Origin: Catajapyx aquilonaris
Taxonomy: Eukaryota
Length of the DNA stretch: 64,000 nt
Direction: 5' to 3'
NCBI GenBank assembly: GCA_000934665.2
Contig: KZ538072.1
Coordinates: 1 to 64,000 of the forward strand
Part shown: in pieces, positions 22,487 through 34,520 of the stretch
Numbering within the stretch: the stretch's first letter is position 1
Layout of the letters: every line of letters begins with the position of its first letter
Translations under genes and position numbers: made by a program
The notes under the pieces: generated by a model
Told to the model about the DNA's origin: nothing
The model's database searches: none
Seen by the model: only the letters and a program-made list of their open reading frames with translations

Positions 22487-24183
22487 TATAGTGTTAAGAA
22501 TGTGTTCGCGCACCCAATTACAAAAATATACTAGGTATTTCCTTATGACATGTTATGGATATCACCTTTGTGTTATGTAAATAATGATGGAATATTGCTT
22601 CATCATTATGTAGTGCCCCATGATCCCACGTCAGGAACACCACGATGAGTGATAGGCACCGGACAGCTTTAAGATGTATATTCTTCACATATGTACAGAT
22701 AAACGTCTGATCTCTCGAACAGTCACTCAACGACTCTCCGTTCCAAACAGTCCCACATATCTCAACACTGCTCCCTTAACAACGTTTTCCAGAACAATCC
22801 TCCTGACAACAATGCAGTACTGTTGCCAGGACTCGAACCACTACAATAATGAATTTTTCCAGATTACACACAACTAGAGATAATTAAAGTTACTGCATTG
22901 TATCAGTCAGTAAGCATGTGATGTAAGCCATAAAATAAAGTATTATCACTGATCCACATATAGGCCTAATTCGGTGATAGCACCATAATGTCATTAATGT
23001 GTAATTATTATTATTATATGATTGGGAAAAACTAGTACTCAGGAGCTTTTAAAGCGGAGACTATTACGAAATCATAGTTACATCGTAGAATATTTTGCTT
23101 TTAAACCAACCTGCTAAATATTTACCAAAGCGATCAATTCACATTCCCTAGTACCATAATAATACTGAATAGCCTACGGAACTTTCTTACAAGTAAATGA
23201 CTTCCTGCTTTAATACAGTATGTAGCCAGCCTAAAGTATTAATATTGTTGTGCAAAAATATACCTAGTAGCGTTGTGTACAAAAAATAGGCTACTCCTCA
23301 AATCTCAGAAATTACCCCTAATTTATTAAATTAGTTTCACATATTTGTGTCTCAATTGAAGTGTAAAACTGACTATACTACCAGCAGTTACCCTGCATTA
23401 CCACAACTTGAGTGTGAATTAAAACTCCCCCAAAAATGTAGTACAACTTAGTGTAATGGAAATGAGTAATAATAAAAAGTTAAGGCAGATCCCAGACACC
23501 CCCTTATGTGAATTCCCACATTCCGGACAACCCACTGCGATAACTAAGAGCGGTATGACTCTCGGCAAGATTAGGAGTTGTTATACAGTAGCCTATGTCT
23601 TAATTTGGCACAAAGTACCTCGAAAATATTACACGCAAGGCATTACGTGTAGAACTCGTCTGACCGAACTTATTATCGCCCAATCATCGCGTTGGGTTGT
23701 CCGGTGTGGGTGGCATTCTGATAAGTTGGTGGATGGGGCATGTTTTTAACAAATAAAGCACAATAAATACTTATTATCTCTCCTTCCCTCACTACTTTTC
23801 TTCCCTCCCTCCCTCCCCTGGCTGACAGCAGTCAGCATGTATTAACTATTGCGTATTATCCAGAATAATCAAGCATTTTTTGTGGGTTGTAGGGCATATC
23901 TAGGGGAATGTCAGTATTTTTCAGACGACCTTCAAAACTTGTCAACATAGGCTCCAGTACAATAACCAGCGACAGTATGCTATGATTGCTGCTCGAAGTG
24001 TTTGCTATGTCGTGTTGCTATTAAGGTAGAGAAAAATATTTATATTGTGACGGGAACGTGATTGAGACATTTTTGAGGGATAAGCGGTCACCTGCTGCAA
24101 CATACGTTTTTGATATCACATATGAAAATTAATATAAGCTTACATTTAACCTCATATGAAGCTAGGAAAAGCCTCATTTCAAG

Positions 24184-25480
24184 ATGTTTCTGGTCCGGTG
24201 TTACATCTTCCTGCATGTAATACTTGCAGAAAAGACGACCACTGCTGTCGACATTTTAAATGTACCATTATAAGTGACCAGGCAGATATTATCGACTCCT
24301 TGTTGTGCAACAATTCAATCTTGGAGAAGCAAGACTATATCCAGTTTTTCTTGGCCACGACTACCGCTCTCTTCTCTACGAATTGCAATGGTATCTGCAA
24401 AAACAGAGTGGTTACTATGTACCGGTCCTCACTCTTCAAATGTCAGAGAAGGGGGCTTTAGAGAAGAGTGTACACAACATGAGGACGTCAGTGAAAATTA
24501 TCGGTTCTCCTGGTTGCATCCTCACCAAGGTAACTGCATGGTGCATCCATTACATCCTCCTGTTTGAAGAAGGCAGCAATTTCCAAAATCTAATGGAGCA
24601 AGTGGCTGAAAAGGTGTACCACTCGAGATAAGTTCCAACTGTGGCCTAAAAATATGTCGGAAGATGCATATATCTTCGCTTATGCTTCATCCCCACGCCC
24701 ATGTGATCAAGTACAAGTTGATGGTGTCGCAGAAGACATCAGATGAGCAGTGGTTGTTCCAGTCCATATGTTTCTTTTGTGACAATGGTAATCCTAAGTT
24801 GGAGACCCTCGGAATGTACGACGTTAATTCGCAGCCGGTTGCTTCTCACTTCGGCCAGTATGTACCCTGACTATCAGGAACTTGTATGGTAAGTTCTTGC
24901 AAGGCAATGTTTCTCGCCTTCTGGTGGATCTTCGCCATGGTCATAGCATGTGGTTATGACAGCAAACTCATCGGATTCTTCATTGGCCATACCTGAGAAG
25001 GAGCAGATACCGTCGAACACACAGGAAATGACAGAATGGCCTGGGTGATCATGGGGAGGACAATACTCCCATGCCGTGTTCTACAACATGCTGGTTGAAG
25101 ACTCAAACATACCCTACCTGATTAAGAGCTTGGACAATATTCTGCACTGGGACACAATGGAAGAATGCCTGCAGGCTTGTCACTCCGGATTTAAGTTACT
25201 TGCTCGTCGCCTCTTATGACTTGGTCGGTGTGAATGGATACAATCCTTTGATGGAAAGTGAGAAAGACACCATTAAGATTCAGGCCAGCATGGTCTTACC
25301 GAAGCACTTTGTGGTCACTCCATCTATCAGTCAGGTGTCTGGTTATGTTTGGGCTGCGGGGATCATGGGTTATTATGAGAAGTACGTTTACTATTCTTTT
25401 CTGAGAAAAGGCCCGCTGCTGGACGCTAGGAACAAAAATCGAGAAATCATTGAGTCCCTTGCACTGCGACTTAAGCAACA
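24184..25480 (+). pseudogene. ionotropic receptor pseudogene with frameshifts, stops and a large internal deletion
   Basis: Collinear fragments HDY, FSWLH, NFQNLMEQVA, LHPHAHVIKYKLMV, CFFCDNGNP, GKFLQG, then directly FLAFWWIFAMVIACGYDSKLIG, HAVFYNMLVED and ESLALRLKQ. Confidence 0.9.
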
Positions 25481-27523
25481 TTGCAAGCATAATATATTTC
25501 CACTTGCTTCATTGACGCATGTTATCATTTGTCTCTCATCGGGGAAATCAGCAGGTTTTTCAAATGTCTCCAGCATTATAGTAAGTTATATAATATGTTA
25601 TCCTACAATGCCATGACCAGACAGAAGGAATTGGCGTATGCCGCAATATTTTGGATTCGGAGCAGAAGCAGTTAAAATAAAGTTAACATTTGGTTCCACC
25701 TTCAAACGATGGGTATTTAATCCAGCAAAAGTACAACGAGAAAGTGTTACATCCACAGCACCATCCGTTTGTTGATGCTGAATATAGAATCCCTTTTAGA
25801 CTATATTCAGTAAGTTATGTGTTTCGAGTGAACAAAATGTTAGCAACTCTTGCACTTTCAGCCGAAAGACAATATCATACATAAGTGCTGGTTGAGTGGC
25901 ACCAACATTTATGTAACATGTAATTTACTCAAGTCAGCAGCATCCTCAGAAGGTCACAATGGAAGTGAATGTCTGCAACTAAAATATAACAGACTCGCAA
26001 AGCAACAGTGCTATAGGAGATACACTGCTTCTGAATATTTATGGTGGTCGTAAATGGAATAGTGCTGAAGACGATTTTTGCTACGTGTGACAGGGATTTT
26101 AGTTCAAATCATAATATATTATGTATATTTCATGCCTAAGTCGTGACACTATTGTAGCTACACTTGTAGGTAAATTAGAAAATATAAACATCATGTAATT
26201 ATTAGCCTCGGCACTACCGTACCAACTGAATCCTTGCTTCACATAATTAGGCAACATAATTTGTTAATTCCACCATTACTTTCGAAGAATCTTACAAAAG
26301 TTCAACAGAAAGTTCTCACAACCCGCCGCGTCGTACGAGAAGGTAAGTGTGCTTCTTTGTGCGAGAGTATGTAGGCTATAATAGCTAATGGTGTGATCTG
26401 AGACGTGTTAATGAAATATTATATTATAAGTAATTAACATTGCAAAATACAGATGCCTGCAACACGGAAGGTTTTTGTGCGTCTTCCAAATGGATTGTTA
26501 TTTTTATTAGGACAATAAAAGGTCTTCCATACAATACGCCACGCTGACCTTAATCGCTTTTCTCCCCCCTTCCATTATGTATCACTACTTGTCACGCTGG
26601 GCCATAACCCTGTCCAATAGACACATACTTGTACAGATTTGTTGCCCCACAATATTAATTAACAAGGGTTAAATTTCATGACAACTGTTCTATCCCATAC
26701 CATCTGTCTGAAGGTGAGGTAGCACCGGTGCCTATAGCGGGCACTGATGTGCTTAAATATTATATTATATTATATAAATATATTATTAGCTAATAATGTT
26801 GAGCAATGTTGAGTTTAGAGATTTCATTGGCATATCGCCGTGGTATCGGTATCAAAATTAATATCAAATCAGTAGGGTACGTCTTTAGTACAGGTCCGAG
26901 AGGGGCAGTTACGTTAGAGAACAATTATTGCAGTTAGAACAATGATTGGTAAAGATATTTAATCCCATCGCTAATTTATACCTATACCATAGAGGCTGTC
27001 ATAGACGTCTATCAACCTGCGTAAGTTGGCTCAACGCCGCGCCGGTAGAGCAGGCTCTGGCCAATAAGAGCCGCCACAACCCCCACGCCAGCCGCCAGGT
27101 CAATTACATGACCTGGCGTCCTGGCCCACAAAAGCGGGAAAATGATTATTATTGTCTTTTGATTTAGTTTAAAATGTTTGGTTCTTGTAATATCCCAGAT
27201 TACGACAGATTATGGGATTATGAGATTGATGGCGAAACCATCACTACAGATCTACCCGACAGAGTCCATGCTCAGGGTTCTGACTGTCACACTCGGCAGG
27301 TCAACACAATTTAATTCACGCGTTTTCTGTAAAAAGCGGATTTGTATCCATATGTGTGATGCTCAAGTGACAATTTGTACATAATTCAGATTGAATTGTG
27401 TAATTCATTGCCTTTATTTTATTGTGCACGGACGAATCGACGCATGTTTCCGCTTCTCTCCGCAGTGGCGCTGCCTCATCAGGGCCTCAGGGCCCATTGT
27501 GGGCTCAGCTGCAGCTACCACAG

Positions 27524-27524
<1 letters not shown>

Positions 27525-27607
<83 letters not shown>
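27525..27607. repeat. (TTA)n microsatellite
   Basis: Perfect trinucleotide run; source of the poly-L/Y/I/N ORFs. Confidence 0.95.
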
Positions 27608-27608
<1 letters not shown>

Positions 27609-27770
27609 CAAAGTTGAGGGTATGCAAGAAACAAAAAAATACCACGGATCCTTAGGGACCTTGACCTCATTTTTGATCCAGGTACTGTACTGTATACCTT
27701 GTTAATATATAAAACCCCCCTCCCCACCTCAAAATTTCAATTAGGGAGGAGGGGGGAGGGGTGATGTACT

Positions 27771-27901
27771 GGTAATAGGCCGTAGCCGCTTCCTTCCGTC
27801 CCTATCCTGTACCAAAAAGCGCAGTAAAATGAAAGCAAAGAGTTCCAGGCAAAACAAAAACTTCCCCCCTAAAGAGCCGAAAGGCCGATAACGGGGTATG
27901 A
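27771..27901 (+). mobile_element. 5'-truncated copy of the fourth SINE family
   Basis: Matches 13444-13568. Confidence 0.7.
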
Positions 27902-27909
27902 TATATATA

Positions 27910-28449
27910 CAGGGTGATCCAACTCTGTGGCACCAACAGTTATTGGAAAAATCAACAAGCTGCTTGTTTATAAGCAGGTCGTTGCTAAGAGATCAATAAG
28001 AGTTACTTTCTGGAGAATCGGGAATAGCACCTGCTGATATTAGGTCCAATGCCCATGTAACAATATTAATGAGGGAAAAAAGGATCATCCGTGGGAAACA
28101 GGCTGTTCTGGTGTTCGCTGGAGGGTTTCACATGAGGTCACTAGCTGCCAAACCAAAGGTCTAATCCGTCGGAACTGGACAGACCCGGGTGTGTCAATAA
28201 ATAGGCCTTCTGGTCTGTTCATTGTTGGCCGCTGTTGGCAAAACTGAGACAGGTCAACAGGCGGCGTTGTTTAGTTACCAGCAAATAAAATATTATTGTT
28301 ACATGGCCATTGGACCTAATATCAGCAGGTGCTATTCCCGATTCTCCAGAAAGAGCCAGAAAGCATCTCTTAGCAACGACTTGCTTATAAACAAGCAGCT
28401 TGCGCGATTTTTTCAATAACTACTGGTGCCATAGAGTTGGATCACCCTG
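27910..28449. mobile_element. Tc1/mariner-type MITE in (TA)n
   Basis: CAGGGTGATCCAACTCT...AGAGTTGGATCACCCTG, long internal inverted arms, TA flanks. Confidence 0.8.
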
Positions 28450-28463
28450 TATATATATATATA

Positions 28464-29116
28464 CAGGGTGTAACAAGACCCAATGCATAAATTTTAAAGG
28501 TGGGTAGGGGACCCCAAAACAAACATTTTTGACCAATGAACCCACCCTCTAAAAAAATCACCCACCCTCTAAAAAATCATCTAATTTACTGAAATCGATA
28601 ACTTGTTAGTACCTGTGGTACGGTAACAGTTATGTGGTTTGCTGCTACTCTATGGTAGCGTTGTCATGGTAGTGTCGACAAGTAATTGTCTGGTACAACA
28701 CAACAAGTAAAAGTCTGGAAAATAAACAATTCAGTGTTGTTCCAATCAACTCGGGAATCTCTTGTGCGTCGTTGTAGGCTGTGTGTCCAAGTGGCTGGAG
28801 GACACTTTTAGCAGCTCCTTTGATTACAGTTTTGTGTTGGGTGCAATAAAGGTGGTGGTGAGTTTCATGTCAGCTTTCATTGATTTGTGGTGGTGATGAC
28901 TTTTTACAGTACTGTACTAAATTGTCAACACTATACCATGACAACGCTCCTGTTGAGTAGCAGCAACCCCATAACTGTTACTACAGGTACTAACCAGTTA
29001 GCAATTTCAGTAAATTTGCTGATTTTTTTAGAGGGTGGGTTCATTGGTCAAAAATGTTTGTTTTGGGGTCCCCTACCCACCTTTAAAATTTATGCATTGG
29101 GTCTTGTTACACCCTG
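28464..29116. mobile_element. Tc1/mariner-type deletion derivative in (TA)n
   Basis: CAGGGTGTAACAAGACCC...GGGTCTTGTTACACCCTG; internal remnant ESLVRRCRLCVQVAGGHF resembles a transposase C-terminus. Confidence 0.8.
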
Positions 29117-29239
29117 TATATATATACTGTACAATGTGTAAGATTTATGTTTGAAAATGAAACCAACAACAGGCTAAATTCAGTCCTACGCAAAGACTGC
29201 AGTTATACTTATTTTCTCTGAATTCCGTGTAAACAGGAA

Positions 29240-29651
29240 AGTTACTCCATCTTGAATCTCCCACTTTGAATTGAATTTTTAATATCAGATTCTTATTCAG
29301 AACCTATTGAAACCCCCGGGTATGAATTTGCGCGAACTTCCGACAATGTCGTACAAAAATCGTCGCCATCTTGAATCCGCCATTTTGAATTGATTTTTAA
29401 ATGTCATATTCTTGTTCAAGACCTGCTTAAACCCCCGGGTACCTATTTTCGCGAACTTCCGACAAAGTTGTTGAAAAATTGTCGCCATCTTGGATACTCT
29501 ATTTTTAAATATGTATTTTTGGCATCGAATTCGGACTCGGCGACTTTGGAAACCCCCTCGGTCCGATTTTCATGCTGATACACACACAAATTCATCATTT
29601 TCTAATAATTATGTCCGGACTTTCTGAGATTCTGGAGTCTGGAGCACTGTG
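29240..29651. mobile_element. Transib-like single end with GCCATCTTGAAT subrepeats
   Basis: Ends in CACTGTG (CACAGTG on the minus strand) after ~120-bp subrepeats; partner end not found. Confidence 0.45.
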
Positions 29652-30999
29652 CAGCGCCACTGCGGAGAGAAGCGGAAACATGCGTCGATTCGTCCGTGCA
29701 CAATAAAATAAAGGCAATGAATTACACAATTCAATCTGAATTATGTACAAATTGTCACTTGAGCATCACACATATGGATACAAATCCGCTTTTTACAGAA
29801 AACGCGTGAATTAAATTGTGTTGACCTGCCGAGTGTGACAGTCAGAACCCTGAGCATGGACTCTGTCGGATAGATCTGTAGAGATGGTTTCGCCAGCTAA
29901 CTAATCAGTCGTCATCTGACATAGAAGAAGAACCAAACATTTTAAACTAAATCAAAAGACAATAATAATCATAATCCCGCTTTTGTGGGCCAGGTCATGT
30001 AATTGACCTGGCGACTGGCGTGGGGTTGTGGCGGCTCTTAGCCTACGGGCGTTGACCCTACTTGGGCAGGTTGATAGACGCCTCTGACAGCCTCTATGGT
30101 AGGTATAAATTAGCGATGGGATTAAATATCTTTACCGATCATTGTTCTAACTGCAATTAGGGGGCACGGCAGTGCCCCCGCCAAGTTCTCGCCGCCCTGC
30201 CGGACCACCTTTACCCGACACAACTCACGTCATTTTGACCCCCTCGAATCTTCGCACTGGTGAACATAGGTGGCTTCAAAATTATTATTTGGGTAGATAA
30301 AAATCGGTTAAAAATAATACCCCCTTACTTCCATGTTTATATCTCTTTTGATTTCCGACTTTAAAAATCCTAAAAACTCCCAAAACGGCCAAAATAAGAC
30401 ACTGACTGACTGATCATCAAAATTATACGGCACTTCCAGTGGTCCTAGGATACTGAAATTTGGTATGCTGGTAGAGCTTGTCAAACAAACATCAGAATAA
30501 ATCTGAAAACGGCACTTTTTTGAGTCTAAATGCAAAAAAAAAAAAATCACGAAGTCTGCTTCTGCTTACCAGATGCGGCATTTTTACCATGGATTACTTT
30601 TTACTTTGAATTTCCAGTTATGCTGGTGCTCCTCCTGCCTTCCACACGTTCTCATCTCCTCACCCCCNCCCCCCCCCCCCCCCGAAATCTTGTGGATTAA
30701 AAAAATCATGTCAAGGAAATTACTAATTCATGATTTTTTGGGGGGAAAGTGCTACCAATTTCATCTAATACACACCCATTCAAATCTCCCATATTCACCG
30801 AAGGTCGTGTGACCTTCAACCCGATAAAATTTCGCCTGCGGCGGGCCTCCCCGCCCCCCGAACTGGATTCCTGGCTACGTCACTGCCGCTAGCTATCTGA
30901 CTGAAGCTGCGATTGCATTTCATACAAATACAAATATTTCATTCAAATACAACTACAAATACCTAAATACCTAAAATATAAAATTCGAGGTCATCAACA

Positions 31000-31250
31000 G
31001 CCTATGTGTACAGGAACAATTCCCAATTTGTGTGGCATATGCCATTACCATACAGAGGACAGAGCCAAGGCCTGAGTCTCACTAATGCACTCATCGATAT
31101 GGGTTCCTCTGTCTTCTCGTGCGGTCAAGCCTACGTGGCTCTTTCCAGAGTTAAAAGTGCATCTCATCAATGCCTCCTTTACAGACATCAAGGCTCAAGA
31201 GTCAGCTATTCTGGGGTACGATAGATTGAGATATATTTACCGACCAGACT
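31000..31250 (+). pseudogene. PIF1-family helicase C-terminal fragment (Helitron RepHel)
   Basis: Frameshifted EQFPICVAYAIT / SQGLSLTNALIDMGSSVFSCGQAYVALSRVKS / IKAQESAILGYDRLR, the PIF1 helicase motifs V-VI. Confidence 0.8.
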
Positions 31251-31583
31251 GATCCATACTCAAAAGGGCTAATAAGGCATCTGCAGAAGTGGTTGAGGAT
31301 CGCGAATGGGCTATGCGATCAGGTGTAGCAGATGTCCAATTCGCACAACCAGAACAGAAAAAAGGAAGCGAAATATGAGAAAGCTGACGAAAATCATACC
31401 TATTCAGAGGAAAATATAGAGTTTTACATATACTTTCGTATATAACCTACACATTTTGCTGTAAGTTATTCATTACCTTATTTGGAATATTTAACGGACC
31501 ATTGCTTCCACGCCCAACCGTAGGGGGCTCCCCGAGCTTTCTTATAATTATCCTACACTCCTGCCTACAAAAAGAGGTGAGAT

Positions 31584-32066
31584 CCCACGAAAAACCTTTC
31601 TGTAAAAAAAGGCCAAGTTCTCCTGACTGCTTGGCCGTCAAAAGTGGTGAGATCTGAAATACGGCCAAGTTCAACGTCGTTGTCAATTACTGGCATTCTC
31701 AACTTCTTCAACCTAAACCACTAACTTTGTTTTTCCAGGTCGACCTTAAGGTTAATCATCAAAAAAATTTAATGTAATTTCTCTTGCTGTAACTTGGCCA
31801 TTGCTCATGTCCGAGGTAGTGTTGAATTCTACAACTCTTTCAATGTTTTAAGAGCAATGGCCAAGTTACAGCAAGAGAAATTCCATTAAAAATTTTTGAT
31901 GATCGACGGCCTGGAAAAACAAAGTTAGTGGTTTAGGTTGAAGAAGTTGAGAATGCCAGTAATTGACAACGACGTTGAACTTGGCCGTATTTCAGATCTC
32001 ACCACTTTTGACGGCCAAGCAGTCAGGAGAACTTGGCCTTTTTTTTACAGAAAGGTTTTTGGTGGG
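31584..32066. repeat. ~480-bp near-perfect hairpin
   Basis: Arm 31584-31806 is the reverse complement of 31852-32066, loop ~45 nt. Confidence 0.9.
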
Positions 32067-32531
32067 ATTGCTCTTTAACGTAACTGCCCCTCTCGGAAGA
32101 GACGTACCCTACTGACTTGATAATTGATATTAATTTTGATACCGATACGCCAATGAAATCTCTAAACTCAACATTATTAGCTAATTATATATTTATATAA
32201 TATAACATTTAAGCACATGCCCGCTTACAAAACAAGCGACGCTCATTGAATAGTTTTTGCAAATGACAATTTGCCTCTATCAGTTCCATATTTCTATTTG
32301 CTATATTTGCACTCTGGGCCAATAATAACTTTATTGCCCACGACATGCAATTCCTTAGATGCAGCCGTGCAACAGAATTATACATCGTTATTTTCCCCCC
32401 ACATAACAACGTATAATTGCATATTGCTACTGAAATATTTGCAAGCACAAGAGGTTTACCCGTACTGGTGACGTGCGTCTCATTTTTGATATCCAAACTT
32501 GCCTGTCCACGTCGACTCCTCCAGTCGCAAA

Positions 32532-34520
32532 ATGATCTGCACAAGCTACTTCTTGTCTTTGCTGCCTCTGGTTGCATCTCTGCAAATGTCTAACTCGAGT
32601 CTGGACAAATCATGGCCACAAGAATCGAGCAGTACTTACCAGAGCGAGTTAGTGACCAGCCTTTTGGCCACCTTGTTGGACCTAGAGGAACCGGAAGTGG
32701 TCTTCATCTTGGCCCACGACTACCAGGTTCTTCCCCACCATTTCCTGGACCTCTTGTATCATCTGCATCGACCATACATTCCGGTCGAATTGCCAGCACC
32801 GGACACACCCACTCCAGAGCCAGAGGTCAACGCCACTCGCATCATCTACTCCTTCTCATGGCTACAGGATCCAAATGCAAGAAGACCAGGCCAGTTGTTC
32901 TTCTTCGCTTTTATTTGTCACGTAGACAACTTGGGCCAGCTTTTCGAGACGGTAGCTTCCAAGATACAGATGAAACCTCCTCAAGATCGGGTTTTCTTGT
33001 GGAGTCGAGACCAACAAGTGGACGAGATGACGGTATTTATGCACGACCACGTGTACCTCTTCAGGTACAAGATGTTGGCTTGCCCCGGTGGTGAACAGGA
33101 TACGGCAGTGATTAAAATGTTGTGCGTGTACTGTGACAAAGGGAATCCGTTGGTGGTAGAACTTGATAGGTACATGATGGGAATGAATGCGACAGAGTTG
33201 GCACCTAATCTTTTTCCAGATACCACTGGTAATTTCCACGGACGTTTCATGTCTGGAGTGTTTATCGAGCCCTTCTCGCCAGCATCCCTCAAAGAGAAAA
33301 GAGAGTACGACTTGCCAGTCTTTGCACAAGAAGCCATTCATGAAGCTGTGGCTGAATCACTTAATTTCAATTGGGAAGTGCTGGCTTTAGACATGGGTGA
33401 GGAAGGAGTGGTAGAAACCCAGCTGGAAGATGGTACTTGGATGGGGATGGTAGGCGAGATTCTGTACCAACGAGCTGATTTTGGTCCAGCTACAATCTAC
33501 TCCGAGAAGGCTCTCCATGTGGTGGACTACCCTGTAGCTTATTACCAAGACTATGTCACGTACCTCACACGTATTCCGGATAAGCTATATTCGGCGAAAG
33601 TGATAGTCCAGCCGTACACTTATGATATGTGGATCTTGCTGTTCCTAGCGACTCTGGTGGTCGGAGTTGTGTACTTTATATTTCTGTGGACTCTACACCG
33701 CATCCATAACCCTTTCTCGAATCGTCAACCCAAAAACAATTTCTTGTACGCCATGGAACTGATTGTCCTAGCCTTGATTGAAGAAGGTCCTGAATACTTT
33801 CCTGACTCCTTGACAGCCCGCTTGTTTGCTGGCTTCTGGTGGCTAGTAGCTCTAGTAATCTCCTGCGGTTACAACAGCAAGATGGTGGCGCTTCTGTCTA
33901 TGCCAGAAATGGAGAAGCTGCCTGCCAACATCAAGGAACTAACGTCTAAAGATGAATGGCGATGGGGTGCTATGCATCTTCACGCTCTTTTTTATGATAT
34001 GCTGGTAGAGAACTCTCAGGATCAGTACTTGAAGAAAGTGGGTCCGAAATTGGAAACATTTCCCACATTGGAAGACTGCGTGAAGGAGTCGCTTCTTGAC
34101 GATTTTGCCTGCTTCTCTCTCAGGATTTTTCTGACATTGGTGTCCTTCCATTTCATTGATAAGAATGGCCAATTGCCCTTCCGACATGCGGAGGAGAAAG
34201 CTCTCGATGTCACTGCAGGATTTGTGCTGCCTAAGTACCACATCTCGACTTCAGCGTTTTCTAAGAAGGTGCGTGGGCTGCTCAATGGTGGACTTATCAT
34301 ACACTATGAGGATGAGATGAATTTCTTTGCCTTCATGCTTGGTCTGAGCTCGGCTAGGAATGTCAACTACGTGAAGCATCACAGCTTGGCTCTCAATTGG
34401 AAGCAAATGCAGGGACCTTGGTTCATACTGTGTGGAGGGTTGGGTGTCAGTTTGGTGATGCTCATAGCAGAAGTGGTGTCAAAAAAAGCAAGGAAGAAGA
34501 ACAAAAACTCATTTGCATAA
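32532..34520 (+). CDS. divergent ionotropic receptor (IR), intronless, paralog 2
   Basis: MICTSYFLSLL signal; DGTWMGMVGEILY, VVDYP, QPYTYDMW, FAGFWWLVALVISCGYNSKMVALL, LALNWKQMQGPW. Confidence 0.9.
   Translation: MICTSYFLSLLPLVASLQMSNSSLDKSWPQESSSTYQSELVTSLLATLLDLEEPEVVFILAHDYQVLPHHFLDLLYHLHRPYIPVELPAPDTPTPEPEVNATRIIYSFSWLQDPNARRPGQLFFFAFICHVDNLGQLFETVASKIQMKPPQDRVFLWSRDQQVDEMTVFMHDHVYLFRYKMLACPGGEQDTAVIKMLCVYCDKGNPLVVELDRYMMGMNATELAPNLFPDTTGNFHGRFMSGVFIEPFSPASLKEKREYDLPVFAQEAIHEAVAESLNFNWEVLALDMGEEGVVETQLEDGTWMGMVGEILYQRADFGPATIYSEKALHVVDYPVAYYQDYVTYLTRIPDKLYSAKVIVQPYTYDMWILLFLATLVVGVVYFIFLWTLHRIHNPFSNRQPKNNFLYAMELIVLALIEEGPEYFPDSLTARLFAGFWWLVALVISCGYNSKMVALLSMPEMEKLPANIKELTSKDEWRWGAMHLHALFYDMLVENSQDQYLKKVGPKLETFPTLEDCVKESLLDDFACFSLRIFLTLVSFHFIDKNGQLPFRHAEEKALDVTAGFVLPKYHISTSAFSKKVRGLLNGGLIIHYEDEMNFFAFMLGLSSARNVNYVKHHSLALNWKQMQGPWFILCGGLGVSLVMLIAEVVSKKARKKNKNSFA

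Larger units (their letters stand above)
30158..32066. mobile_element. Helentron/Helitron-like remnant
   Basis: Terminal stem-loop GGGGGCAC-GGCA-GTGCCCCC, subterminal inverted repeat GCCAAGTTCTC/GAGAACTTGGC, (CTGA)n, PIF1-helicase fragment, long hairpin at the other end; interrupts the host TIR. Confidence 0.65.
26737..32224. mobile_element. large fold-back element with ~740-bp TIRs, filled with nested insertions
   Basis: Left arm 26737-27474 is the inverted copy of 29651-30157 plus 32067-32224; the right arm is split by a 1.9-kb insertion. Confidence 0.7.

Noticed and set aside
27375..27727. Poly-Leu/Tyr/Ile/Asn ORFs
   Set aside because: Translations of the (TTA)n microsatellite
27869..27893. 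Hammerhead-like CTAAAGA-GCCGAAAGGC-CGATAAC in the SINE tail
   Set aside because: The catalytic core deviates from CUGANGA/GAAA in both copies; more likely an ordinary SINE 3' stem-loop
32612..33341. Overlapping and antisense ORFs within the IR genes
   Set aside because: Shadow frames of GC-richer coding sequence, with no independent motifs
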